Shown here one piece after another: positions 11,871 through 24,046 of a DNA stretch of 64,000 bases. The notes under the pieces were generated by a model. That model ran no database searches. It was not told where the DNA came from and was given only the letters and a program-made list of their open reading frames with translations. Made by a program: the position numbers and the translations under genes. The stretch covers positions 82,354,924-82,418,923 of the forward strand of contig NC_068985.1 of assembly GCF_001194135.2 (NCBI RefSeq), read 5' to 3'. Numbering within the stretch: position 1 is the first letter of the stretch; every line of letters starts with the position of its first letter. This stretch comes from Octopus bimaculoides (taxonomy: Eukaryota).

Positions 11871-13799
11871 ACAGCATTCAAGAGCTATTGACCTGAATAA
11901 GCACAAGTTATCACTACATAATATGCTAAATTGTAATACGAAAACAGTTCATAATTATTGAGAAGAAATTAAGTTAAAAGAATGAGAATGCCTGATCACA
12001 GAACTGACAGACATATTTTCAACTAGCACCTCAGGTTCTTCTAGGAGGATCAGGGAGAAGTGAGAACTGAATGACATAGTTCCATGTAAAGCTAGAGGTT
12101 ATTCTGTCTGAGAATTTAAAACCCCAGTTTTTATAACACTGAACAGAGTTTCTAGAAAATTCGACCAGACTATCTGACGGGAAGATCCCAACTCACTTGG
12201 TTATGCACCAACCGATCTGATTGTTCGAGCTATGTCCGTGTAGGCGTTAATCCCTATTTTTTCCTTCTTTTTTTTTTTGGCGTCAGAATTTTTCGTAAAT
12301 GGCCTTGCCTTTTATGGCAGCAAAATAGGCCGTGATCTTGAACTGAAGAACTTGAATGTGATTGTTCAAAACTCAGTAGGAACCTCGCAACACTCGTCTA
12401 CTTGCAGTGAGTTTATAATAACCCAAAAGAGACGAAAATAGATTTACATGTACATTTTGCGCCATAGGGCGGATACCAGTGTGGCCTGAGAAGGTTAAAA
12501 ATTGAACACCAAAAGGAATTTACTAGGTTTAATAACCACTCCGTAATGTGGTAATTTAGCGATGAGTAGATTTAGATGATGTTCATCACCCGATTCCGAA
12601 GCACGAGAAATCAAAAATCATCACTGTAAGCAAAAACGAAATTCAAACAGCAAATCACTTTATTAATATATACTAAGTGTTTGGAAGGAATTCGCAGAAT
12701 TCTGGAATCCTAAAGGCATTCTAAGGAAGTCACATAGTCTAAAAGGTATAGTAATAACCGTCTAAGGAATGTCACTGTGTTCTATCGGAATCTTGCTAGA
12801 GGCACGAGCTAAATGTATCTACGAAAACACAGTAGCACTATGTAGAGATGAAAAGTCATGAGTGTAAGGAGTAGGATATTTTGCCAGCATCATTTTGGCA
12901 TTTAATATTCTGAAGTCTCCACAGAGACGTCAATCACCTTCGGTCTTTTTCTGAACCACATGAAGAGGAGAAGCCCAAATATTAGGAGGTCAAATAATAT
13001 CAAGCTGCTGTTACATATGGCTTAAATTCTTCTTCAGTAATTTTCATTCTCGCTAGAGTAAGACGTCTAGGGTGACAGAAACAGGAGGACCAGTCGTAAT
13101 AATGTGACGTGTTAGTTATTGAATGTAATGACTAAAAACTGAGCGAATTGTAAAAATTTACATTTCCTTCTCCAAGCCTAGATTCGAAACCGAATCTAAG
13201 AATTAGCGGTCGCCCAAACACGACAATCAACAGGCGCGAAAAACAGGTTTTCTTTGTCCTGTCAAAAAGTGATCGATCATCTCCCTTTGACCTTCGACCT
13301 TAGAATGTCAGGCGAAGTTCAACTGGTCAGCATCTGACCTATTTAGGTACAAACTCTGCTGCAGTATGTATGTCCTTCTAGCTGCCACGATTCTTATAAA
13401 TAGAGTGGTCAGCAAGACGTCAACACACAGGGACAGACAGACAGGGAGACTGCTACTATGNNNNNNNNNNNNNNNNNNNNNNNNNNNNNNNNNNNNNNNN
13501 NNNNNNNNNNNNNNNNNNNNNNNNNNNNNNNNNNNNNNNNNNNNNNNNNNNNNNNNNNNNNNNNNNNNNNNNNNNNNNNNNNNNNNNNNNNNNNNNNNNN
13601 NNNNNNNNNNNNNNNNNNNNNNNNNNNNNNNNNNNNNNNNNNNNNNNNNNNNNNNNNNNNNNNNNNNNNNNNNNNNNNNNNNNNNNNNNNNNNNNNNNNN
13701 NNNNNNNNNNNNNNNNNNNNNNNNNNNNNNNNNNNNNNNNNNNNNNNNNNNNNNNNNNNNNNNNNNNNNNNNNNNNNNNNNNNNNNNNNNNNNNNNGAA

Positions 13800-13967
13800 T
13801 GTAGTGGCTATTAGTATTTATTAACTCCAGCTAATAAAAATGTTATAATTGAACCAGTTATCACTTTGTCATTTCTCAGGCAAACACATGCCTATCGCAC
13901 CGACACTCAACAAAAACACACTATATTCTGGTGACTCCACTACATTTTGGTGACCCCCGACGTTGAT
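13800..13967 (+). mobile_element. Short LTR (13800-13944) followed by a tRNA-Trp primer-binding site
   Basis: Begins TGTAGTGG and ends CCACTACA (8-bp terminal inverted repeat, TG..CA). After TTT comes TGGTGACCCCCGACGTTGAT, which differs by two inserted bases from TGGTGACCCCGACGTGAT, the complement of the tRNA-Trp 3' end. Confidence 0.65.
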
Positions 13968-15802
13968 TCGTTCATACAGCCCTTCTGATCTGTACAGCCC
14001 AACTTGAAAAGTTCACATAACTTTCCAAAAATGGTGACTAAATGCCAGTAATAGACCAACCGTTCTTTAAGTCTTTTTCACTACAATTTTTTTTTTCCTT
14101 ATTTCGTCTGTTTGCCTTCGACAAACCGACTGGTGCGAGGCTATTGTAGTGAAACTACCTACCGCCATTAGATACAAAACTACCTATCGTCTCTAATACC
14201 TATCGCCATTAGATACAAAACTGCTATCGCCATTCTTCTCATTTAAATATAAACAAACGCGAACGTAGGGGAAAACATTAACCTTGTCATCACGTGACTG
14301 ATCATTATTCGAATCGGCAACTTCTTCGAACCTTTCCCGCCAGAACGCAAACTGACCAATCACGGCNNNNNNNNNNNNNNNNNNNNNNNNNNNNNNNNNN
14401 NNNNNNNNNNNNNNNNNNNNNNNNNNNNNNNNNNNNNNNNNNNNNNNNNNNNNNNNNNNNNNNNNNNNNNNNNNNNNNNNNNNNNNNNNNNNNNNNNNNN
14501 NNNNNNNNNNNNNNNNNNNNNNNNNNNNNNNNNNNNNNNNNNNNNNNNNNNNNNNNNNNNNNNNNNNNNNNNNNNNNNNNNNNNNNNNNNNNNNNNNNNN
14601 NNNNNNNNNNNNNNNNNNNNNNNNNNNNNNNNNNNNNNNNNNNNNNNNNNNNNNNNNNNNNNNNNNNNNNNNNNNTACTATGTACACCAAACCAAACCTC
14701 CGCGGCACATCTCTCTCTTCGATTCTGTTAGGTGACTCAGCTTCACCACGATAAATAAACAGACAAGAGTTCTCAGCCAGCGACGAACAACTGTATAACA
14801 AGAATCACGGCCCGGCATCGATGCCACGACATCACAACAAGTGATCAGCTATGCCACACTCAGCCCCCTCACTTTCACATACAGAACTTTTCCTATAGTG
14901 TACTAAAGAACTGGTATAATTGCTCACGTTTTATTGACTCTCTTTCTATCCGCTGTAAACACTCATACACACATGTATCACTCACATACACACTTTTCTT
15001 TGTATGACGGCCTGTCTTTGATTATGTTATTATATGTCGCATTCACACTCTCACACAGACATACATCTTTAACGCCATAATAAATATCTCTGTTATTCAT
15101 CTTATACAGTTGTGGTCTTTCATTACTGGTCATCTATGTTATCGTCGTATAACATTTTGTATATCATATCTGATATATATAATATTGTGTGTTCGACCGT
15201 GTGACATGTTTAAATAAAAGGAGTCCTCTGTTTTTCCATTCGTCACCATTTCTCCTTTTTTGAGTTCGCACGGTCGTCCCTTACAGAATGATATCCGGAA
15301 ATCGACTAAGTCGAGCTGTTAGGCGTAGAATCGACTAAGAAAAGAGGGCTGACTGTAGTAGTCTTTGCGGTGTGCATAAATTAGTCGCAGAATCAGTAAA
15401 TTGTTTATTTTTTTAATCGACTTATAGATGGAGAAAATCAACTATGAAATTTGGATACGGAAGATCAGCTATGACATAAATCTATTTGAAAGCTCTACGT
15501 AAATTCAAGTCCAGCGTGATAAATTTTTCTCTCATAAATGAATATTACTGACTAATTTACAGCCTTTAACGTTGCATCCGTCATGTGCCTTGTGACATCC
15601 TGTAAAACCAAATACTGCATTCAGTATTTCGAGATTTTGAAGAAGAATCGAAAACATAAAATAAGCGATTGGCTGTAGCAGAGCCAGGTATCCCACTGGC
15701 ATTTCAATAGTGACTAACTGTTATTCTTTAGTGTCAACATTTTCTTTTACCCGTTGCTGAGGTGCAAATTGAAAGGAATGAGGCAGTATAAAGTGATGAA
15801 AT

Positions 15803-16231
15803 TGGCTGTGTGGTGAGAAGCTTGCTTCCAAACCGCATGGTCCCGGGTTCAGTCCCACTGCGTGGCACGTTGGGCGGGCAAGTGTTTTCAAGCATAGCCT
15901 CAGGCCGACCAATGCCTTGTGAGTGGATTTGGTAGACGGAAACTGAAAGAAGCCCGTCGTATATGTGTGTGTGTGTATGTGCGTGCGTGCGTGTGTATGT
16001 GTGTGTGTCCGCTATCGCTTGACAACCGATGCTGGTGTGCTTATATCCCCGTAACTTAGCGGTTCGGCAAAAAGAGACCAATAGAATAAGTAGTACTAAG
16101 CCTACAAAGAATAAGTCCTGGGAGCGATTTCTTCCTCTAAAACCCTTTAAGGCGGCGTTTCAGCATGGCTGCAGTCAAATGGCTGAAACAAGTAAAAGAA
16201 TAAAAGAGTAAAAGAATAAAAGAGTAAAAGA
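15803..16231 (+). mobile_element. Near full-length SINE family A, CpG-intact
   Basis: tRNA-like head TGGCTGTGTGGTGAGAAG..GGGTTCAGTCCC, internal (GT)/(GC) tract, tail repeat AGTAAAAGA/AATAAAAGA. Confidence 0.9.
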
Positions 16232-16649
16232 ATCCGAACCGAATCTGGAATACCACAGACACTGAATAAGATTATTCCTGAGATAACTAAAGGAGTGTTT
16301 TCGCGCCAAATTCCTGGAACGTGAAGTGGAATGCGTGGAAGACCAGTGTGTTTCGAGACGTTCCATTTATTTATTTCTTTTTCTGTGGGAGTATGGATTT
16401 TGTCTCCAGTAAACTTACAGAACGCTGCTGAATCTAAAGATATAAAAGTAAACGAAAGAAGTCGAAGAAGCTGGAAGTGATATGTTGATGACTAAAAAAC
16501 CAAACCGCTAGATTACCAGTCAGACACAATGACCGAACCACAATAGCTTCACGTATTTGACGTTGATTTAAGTACTTTTGTTAAGAACTTGATGTGTGTT
16601 TTAATATCTGTAGCTTAATTTCCTGATACGAAATGCTACCCGTCGGGAC

Positions 16650-17240
16650 TGTACGGAAGTCCATTACTTTACCGCTTAGCGCTGGTAGTGAAATACCATC
16701 AACTGCAACCACTGAAACGAATCGCCTGCGAGTGAATGAATTGATTTGCGTAGACCAACGAATCAGAATCCATGAGCTGGCTGCGCAACTGGACTGTGTT
16801 TACAATGCACTACAAAAGATGGAGGAAAACTTTGGATATCGGAAAGTGTGTGCTAAGTGGTACTTCGGCAATTGATACGTTTATTTGAAGGAGACGGGGA
16901 TGGAAGTCTGCTCCGATCTTCTGTTGGGAACGTTTGAAGCAAATGAGATGTTGTTTTTCCGATCTAGTGAAAAGAGATGAAACGTGCACTTATCTTTATG
17001 ATCTGGTAACGAACGTTCAGTCCATAAAATTGTCTCACGCTTTTCTCTAAGGCCTAAGAAGTTCAAGAGCCAGTGATCTACACAATAAGTCATGGTGGTC
17101 GGTTTTTGGTTTGACAAGAGAGTCGTTCACTTTGATTTTTCAAGTACGAGGCTGTATCGTGTACTGATTGCGGCACACTGAGCCGGTTAAAAAGCACAGA
17201 AAAGCAATTAAGGAGAAAGAGACCGAATAAGAATATGGAA
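16650..17240 (+). mobile_element. Degenerate mariner transposase fragment
   Basis: PSTATTETNRLRVNELICVDQRIRIHELAAQL..FGYRKVCAKW, then broken RDETCTYLYD and PKKFKSQ motifs. Confidence 0.8.
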
Positions 17241-17451
17241 ACGAAAATGAAGATTGTAGGAAGTGAGGGCGTGTATATCTTAGATTAAAAAAGAACTCTT
17301 TTTTATCGTAATTTTGAAAACTAAAAGAAGTATGAAAAAAATCGCATCAATTATCGATAACCCAATATGACCCAATATATATATGACGTGCTTCTTTCAG
17401 TTTCTATCCACCAAATCTACTCATAAGACTTAATTTCGGGACAACTCTTAC

Positions 17452-17455
<4 letters not shown>

Positions 17456-17510
<55 letters not shown>
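17456..17510. repeat. (GA)n microsatellite
   Basis: Directly visible. Confidence 0.95.
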
Positions 17511-17515
<5 letters not shown>

Positions 17516-17699
17516 AGTCATGGCCAACTATAGGTTTCTGCTCCATATATGTTCCTCTAGAAAGCACGGATCTCGGTTTTGTTGTGAGAGACTTAAAACT
17601 GCCCATGTATGCAAGTTTCCCTTTCTCCTTTGTCAGTCCAGCAGAAAAGGGTACATTTGATGCTTTTATAGTTTTATAGTTTTGCCGACTCATTGCAAT

Positions 17700-17812
17700 G
17701 ATACTACTTAACCATCTCAAAAGTTGAAGGGCAAAGTTAATTTCGGTGGGATTTGAACTCATGATGTAAAGAGCTGGTACAAATACTGCAAAGCATTCTA
17801 TACAACGCTATA
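17700..17812 (-). mobile_element. Diverged partial SINE family B
   Basis: Reverse complement contains GAATGCTTTGCAGTATTT..GAGTTCAAATCCCACCGAAATTAACTTTGCC, matching the family B body. Confidence 0.6.
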
Positions 17813-17935
17813 TCTGTCTGTCTGCTTCGCTCGCTTTCTCCCTCGCCTTTCTCTCTCCATAAGTGTGTGTATATGTTTGTGTTTGTAATAGGATTTATAA
17901 TACATAGACACATATATAATAAATGTGTGGATGTC

Positions 17936-17973
<38 letters not shown>

Positions 17974-18028
17974 CCGAGCGTCTAGTAACACAATCTGTAT
18001 CACGTCCTCACGTTGTTTTTTTTTTTTA

Positions 18029-18065
<37 letters not shown>

Positions 18066-18117
18066 ATATTAATAATATTAGGGACAAAATTCAAAATTAC
18101 AGGTAAAAGCTCAATTC

Positions 18118-18330
18118 GGCGGCTAGTTGGCTGAATCGTTAGCGCACTGCCTAAAATGTTTAGAGCAATTTCGCCCGTCTTTACTTTCTAAGTTAACATT
18201 CAGCCGAGAACGATTTTGTCTTTCATCCTTTCGGGGCCGGTTAAATAAGTACCAATGAAATATTGGGTCGATATAATCGACATACCCCGTCTCCAAAATT
18301 TCAGTTCTTGTACCTTTAGGAGAAAGGATT
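18118..18330 (+). mobile_element. SINE family B
   Basis: Same head, B box and AGAAAGGATT tail as the 24740 copy. Confidence 0.85.
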
Positions 18331-18337
18331 ATATATA

Positions 18338-18525
18338 CAGGTGTTCATAATTTATATGAAAAATTATAAAAATTTAAATAAGGATAACTCAGTAGAGATT
18401 TTAGCAAACAAATAGTTTTATTAGAAACATCAGAACATTACACGTGGGTTCCATCGGTTGCACAAAACATCTTAGACGATACAATGCGATTGTGGAAGTT
18501 GTAAAGATAATTTATGAACAGCCAG
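18338..18525 (-). mobile_element. 188-bp internally deleted Tc1/mariner element (MITE-like), TA-flanked
   Basis: Left end TA|CAGGTGTTCATAATTTAT; right end reverse-complemented TA|CTGGCTGTTCATAAATTAT. The minus-strand remnant NFHNRIVSSKMFCATDGTHV* resembles a transposase C-terminus. Confidence 0.65.
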
Positions 18526-18779
18526 TATAATATAATAAATTTATATAATATAATCCTTTGTGGGTGAGTGTAATGTATGTATTGACTTATATTTATTGTG
18601 AAAAGATCTCAAAATAATATAAAAATAATACAAAGAACGATCCTTCACGCTCAACGAAAAAAAAAAGAAAAGAGAAAATGAAATCCACAGAAAAAAAAAA
18701 AAAAATTTCTATGTGGTTGGTGAGGATAGCCAAGTTTTCGTCATCAAGACTAATCTAACAGTTTTTTTTTTTTTTATCT

Positions 18780-18901
18780 CTGTACAAAGCAGGTCGCTCT
18801 CTCAGCTGGCAGGCAGGCAGGCTGACTGGTTGGTCGGTCGGTCATCAAAACGATGTTGTGCTGTCAGTGCGCATGTGTAAGAAGTAGCTAGCATAACAAC
18901 C
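18780..18901 (+). promoter_or_regulatory. Putative promoter/5' UTR of the fuzzy homolog
   Basis: Locally GC/CpG-richer stretch just upstream of the ATG, with an NRF1-like TGCGCATGTG at 18868-18877. The TSS cannot be determined from sequence. Confidence 0.45.
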
Positions 18902-18982
18902 ATGGCGGCTTGTAGTTTAATGTGCTTGACAACTTGTGGAGGTGTGCCACTATTTACTAGGAACAAAGGAACTAAACGGCCG
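18902..18982 (+). CDS. FUZ: First coding exon of a protein fuzzy homolog (longin-domain CPLANE/PCP effector); remaining exons not found in window
   Basis: Context caaccATGG; 27 open codons MAACSLMCLTTCGGVPLFTRNKGTKRP end at a strong phase-0 donor CCG|GTAAGT (GT at 18983). The peptide matches the FUZ N-terminal motif as I recall it (human LLCLAASSGVPLFCRS), and the intron falls just before the expected LPF-x-VIGSLNG motif. Not in the ORF track because it is short. Confidence 0.8.
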
Positions 18983-19164
18983 GTAAGTTTCACTGAAAAG
19001 TTTTTTCACTTTATTCATCTTATTGTTTTGAAACTTTCTTTCTATCTGCACTAATTACTTGATGGGAAAATTTCCAATTATATTTTGACTTCTTTTGTAA
19101 CGAGATATGTGTTAAGATTTTCCTCATGGTGTTTGTTTATCTGACGTAGCTACATTCAAATATA

Positions 19165-19340
19165 TCTACACAATACATATATATATGCATATATACATAC
19201 GTATAGGTACATACTTACATCTATGCGTATATATATAGGTATATGAGGGTACGGGACGTCACGAAACGTGTACAACTAAAAAAAAAATAATAATAAAACG
19301 AAGCACGAATACATGGTACATGAAAAACAAAACAAAAAAC

Positions 19341-19374
<34 letters not shown>

Positions 19375-20062
19375 TACGTACATATACATACATATATATA
19401 CATACATACATAGTTATATATATATATATGTATATACATACATACGTATATATATATATATGTATATATATACATATGTGCATACATATATATAAATAAA
19501 TATATACATACGTACACATACATATATGTATGTATACATACATATATGTATGTATACATACATATATATATATGTATACATACATATATGCATGTATACA
19601 TATATGTATACATGCATGTATATATGCATGTATGTATACATACATATNNNNNNNNNNNNNNNNNNNNNNNNNNNNNNNNNNNNNNNNNNNNNNNNNNNNN
19701 NNNNNNNNNNNNNNNNNNNNNNNNNNNNNNNNNNNNNNNNNNNNNNNNNNNNNNNNNNNNNNNNNNNNNNNNNNNNNNNNNNNNNNNNNNNNNNNNNNNN
19801 NNNNNNNNNNNNNNNNNNNNNNNNNNNNNNNNNNNNNNNNNNNNNNNNNNNNNNNNNNNNNNNNNNNNNNNNNNNNNNNNNNNNNNNNNNNNNNNNNNNN
19901 NNNNNNNNNNNNNNNNNNNNNNNNNNNNNNNNNNNNNNNNNNNNNNNNNNNNNNNNNNNNNNNNNNNNNNNNNNNNNNNNNNNNNNNNNNNNNNNNNNNN
20001 NNNNNNNNNNNNNNNNNNATATATATATATGTATATACATACATACGTATATATATATATAT
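19165..20062. repeat. Compound (TA)/(TACA)/(TATG) low-complexity tract with gap (N 19648-20018)
   Basis: Directly visible; source of many spurious Y/I/M/C-rich ORFs. Confidence 0.9.
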
Positions 20063-20419
20063 GTTGTTGTACTTGGGGATGGTCATATTGCCAGTTTAGC
20101 CACATATGTATAGAAGGTGTATTTGTATTTATTTACGTATTCTAAGTATACTTCGAAAGATAAGTTTTTTTTTTTCAATACTCCGACGAGAATTTAACCA
20201 CTTATAAATTAACCGTGCCAATACTGAAACTTCAATAATTTCTGATTTTTTTTTTTTGTTTTGTTTTTTGTTGTTTTTATGTATATGAGCCCTTATGCAG
20301 GCTGAAGCAAAGCCAAAATAAGCTGTAATGTTAATGTATATATCTAATATATATATATACATACGTATGTACATGTATATATGTGTGTGTATGTATGTAT
20401 GTATATGAAAATTATATTG

Positions 20420-20807
20420 GGTGGAGATGGAGTATATGTAATCTGGGTATACCCCCACTTTTAAATTTTGTTTTTTTTTACGGAATCCTATGTTTCAGAC
20501 CATGGAGAATCCGATTCTGGAAAAAAAATTTTCAAANNNNNNNNNNTAACCCTAACTCAAACCCTAACTCAAACCCTAACCCTAACCCTGACCCTAACCC
20601 TAACCCTAACACTAGTTTTGTGAGATTTGGCTGTTATTTCTAGCATGTAAATAGCCTGCTTGGTGGTGGTGGTGGGGGGGGAATTGAAATTTTTCAAAAA
20701 TTTTTTTTTCAGAATCGGAATCTCCATAGCCTAAAACGTGGGATTCCATAAAAAAATTAATAAATAAGGGGGGGAAAGGTTCAGATTACATATAGTCCAT
20801 CTCTACC
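20420..20807. mobile_element. Non-autonomous TIR element (Merlin- or MULE-like) with 8-bp TSD and internal (CCCTAA)n
   Basis: TTATATTG on both flanks (20412-20419, 20808-20815). Termini GGTGGAGATGGAGTATATGTAATCTG versus revcomp GGTAGAGATGGACTATATGTAATCTG (24/26), with imperfect inverted repeat continuing for ~115 bp. Confidence 0.8.
20547..20610. repeat. Interstitial telomere-type (CCCTAA)n array with variant units
   Basis: CCCTAA units mixed with CTCAAA and CCCTGA; a 10-N gap lies on the left edge. Confidence 0.9.
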
Positions 20808-21224
20808 TTATATTGTAACAAGCACGTTATTTGAAACTGCTTCGCTGTCTCAGTCGCTGAATGCACTGCAATACATTATAAAAATATTACATGATGCTAA
20901 CGCGCGCAGAATTTAATATGATATTAATGAATAATAGCTAAGGTGTTGGTTGTAGGGTTCCGTGTGATTTCTATAATGTAATCTGGTTGTCGCTATGCAA
21001 GCGAGATATCAAGTTCGAATCTCGCCTAAGTGTTTACCTTTCTTCCTACCCATGTTCAAGCTAACTTAATAATCCCGTTGCTTCTTTCCACTCGTTTTGG
21101 AGATAGTGCAAAATTTATGGTCATCACCTCTCTGATTCCTTAAGAATAAGAAATTCTTAGGATGGCACGAGGCCACATTTTAAGAGAACTGGTATACTCG
21201 ATTCTGTTAATATTTGTCTCTTTA

Positions 21225-21430
21225 GGGCGGCGAGCTGGCAGAAATGCGTAGCGGTATTTTGTTTGCCATTACGTTCTGAGTTCAAATTCCGCCGAGGTCG
21301 GCTTTGCCTTTCAACCTTTCGGGGTCGATTAAATAAGCACCAGTTACGCACTGGAGTCGATGTAATCGACTTAATCTCTTTGTTCTTGTTTGTCCCCACA
21401 ATGTTTAGCCCTCTGGTCAATAAAGAAATA
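21225..21430 (+). mobile_element. SINE family B variant with a LINE-like 3' end
   Basis: Family B head and body; tail TGTTTAGCCCTCTGGTCAATAAAGAAA. Confidence 0.85.
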
Positions 21431-22046
21431 AATATTTCTCTTTTTTTTTTTTTTATTCTAATGACCCAACAGACTCCTATAGAAATATAAAAACTGAATA
21501 TTTAGATAACTTGGACAAATTCCTTGTCAGGTTTTCTTTCTTTTGCTTTTTGTTTCTTCTTACAACATCAACCGCGTTATCGAATCCACTTCCAAGCTAT
21601 TCTAGGGGGGGGGGGGTTCCTTGATTAGCCCTTAGGTGGTTGTCACATCCACTGTTTGTTTTCTTTAGTTAATTTTTACTGCATGTAAAAACCCTCTGTG
21701 TTGTATCTCTTTGTTCTGTCCAACATCTTCGAACCCCCTATAGCTAATAAAGAAACATAAGTTGAGAGAGGATAGAGACTTTTCACAGTAAAGTCAATTC
21801 TGGATCAATCAAGTTCTTTGACTCACAGTGTGGCGAGAAAAGTAAAGGATTATTTAAAATTCTACAAGAGCATAAGTTTATTACTGGACTAAGATAATGC
21901 ACAAAAAAAAACCGACGGAGTGCCAACCACATGCAATGTTTATATGTATCTACATATATTGTTTATAGTTAGATATGTATGTATATACAATGTTTATATG
22001 TAGTTATGTATCTATATATAATGTTCGTAGGTAGATATTTATGTGT

Positions 22047-22180
22047 ATGCGCAAGTGTTTGTAGGTGGCTATGTGTGTATATGCAAGTGTTTGTAGGTAA
22101 ATGTGTGTGTATATACAAGTGTTTGTAGGTAGATGCGTGTGTCTATGCATGTGTTTGTAGGTAGATATATGTCTATACAA
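22047..22180. repeat. ~32-bp minisatellite, about 4 units
   Basis: Repeated core (A/G)CAAGTGTTTGTAGGT(A/G) with TG-rich spacers. Confidence 0.8.
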
Positions 22181-22183
22181 ATC

Positions 22184-23140
22184 TTGGGTCATCCCATAAA
22201 TAATGCAGTTTTTCAATTGCATGAACTGAAAGTCAAAGGGGACGGGATAATCTACCTGCATGAACTTGCTATAAAAGCAGGTAGTAATTTTACCTTGTCC
22301 TTATTCTTAGTGCAACTTTTGAAGAGTGCAGTTCGATTTAACAGTAATGGAAGTGACAAAGAAGCATATTCGGCATATTTTGCTTTATGAGTTCAATAAA
22401 GGCAACAACAACGCAACGGAAAGGGCAAGGAATATTAATGCAGTATGTGGGGATCGTACAGTAAGCATAATCCAGTGTCAGCGGTGGTTCCAAAAATTCT
22501 GAGCCGGAAACTACAGCCTAGAAGACGAGCCTCGTCCTGGAAGATCTGTAGAGTTCGACGAGGACGTCCTGCAAACTCTGGTAGAACAAAATCCCATCGT
22601 AACTGCTGAGGAACTAGCAGAGAAGCTTGTATTTGGTCATTCAACCAATCATTTACACCTGCGTGCCATTGGAAAAGTCAGTAAATTGGATCAATAAGAT
22701 CCTCACAAACATTCCGAATCTAATCTTGTGCAGAGAGCGAATGTGTGCTCTTCTTTGCTGTCATGTCTCAGGAATGAACCTTTTTTGGACCGAATAGTGA
22801 CTGGTGAAGAGAAATGGGTTCTCTATAAAAATGTCAAGTGCTGAAGATAGTGGGTAGGGAAAGGAGAAACACCAGCACCCCAGGCTAAAGAAGATCACGT
22901 AAGGTGTTGTTATCTGTTTGGTGGGATATGAACGGTTTAGACCACTTTCAACTTTTAAAACCAAACCAAACAATAACAGAGTTCCAATGTGAGCAGCTTG
23001 AGCGTCTTAAGTCAGTGCTAGAAAATAAACGATCATCCTTGGTTTCAAGATGAAAGGTGTTCTTCATCAGGATAATGCTCGGGCACATAGAGCGAAGATG
23101 ACACTCCATTCAAACTGGTGCAGTTTGAATGGGAATCGTC
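22184..23140 (+). mobile_element. Decayed Mos1/Hsmar-type mariner, 5' end present, 3' truncated
   Basis: 5' end TTGGGTCATCCCATAAATAATGC; ATG 22347 MEVTKKHIRHILLYEFNKG..RWFQKF*AGNYSLEDEPRPGR..FLDRIVTGEEKWVLYKN..VLLSVWWDMNG..HQDNARAH. Confidence 0.9.
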
Positions 23141-24008
23141 TTACATACACAACTTGAAAGAAAAATGGGATGGTCATGGATGGAACAACATTGATCAGGG
23201 CTGATGTGAGGCTTAAGAACAGCGTCATGATTCTGAAATTGTATAAAAAGCAACGACTGTTGTGTCAACCCTCATACTATGTACACTCCGATTGTAGGAT
23301 TACGATATTGAAATTTTGCTAAAAATGTACCTTGGGAAAATGTATCTACAAATCCCCACCTATAATACAGCAAAGAAATATATATAAAAAAAAAAGGCTA
23401 CCCACCCCCAAACAAAACAAAAAATGAATCTAGTCCCTTTTTATTCAAACCGGTCTGAAAGAAAATTTGCCCCCTCTAGGCCCTTTTCTAGACGTATTAA
23501 ACTTCTTTTTCGCATTAAACCTTTGTTTATATTTCGATAGAACACCACGTGCTGTCTACTGTAGAAAAAAAAAAAAAATTCTTGTTTTTCTTTTTTTGTC
23601 ACGTGTTGCTGCTATGTCTTCCTTCATTACACTTCCAGCTATGTTTATAGAGATTCTGCTACTGCTGGCTGCATGGTTTTGGAGTTGTAGTTTCCATTTT
23701 TTAAATTTTATTTTTCATTTAACTTTTTTTTTTTTAATATTTTTTTTCCATTTTCAGGCAGTTCATCAACAATTAACTTTATCACCCAACTTCTAATGTC
23801 ATGCTACTTAGTTAATCTCAGTGCACTTATCTCGCTTTTGTCTTATAAGTAATTCAATAACAAGCGTAATATCTAATAACTGTGTTTTTCAACATGATTC
23901 TGTCCAGCGCTATGTTTCGCAAGTGTATGTGAATAAGATTAGCAAAATGCCTTGTGTTACTGGAGTAAAGCTGTTCGAAATAAATTGAAATACGTTATCT
24001 CTCTCTTT

Positions 24009-24014
<6 letters not shown>

Positions 24015-24046
<32 letters not shown>

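Noticed and set aside
20547-20610. Real chromosome end or fusion scar
   Set aside because: The array is short, degenerate and enclosed by TIRs with a TSD, so it is transposon cargo.
20985-21027. tRNA-Ala(TGC)-like stem-loop with B-box-like AAGTTCGAATCTC
   Set aside because: No acceptor stem or D-arm can be built; at most a tRNA-derived SINE relic.
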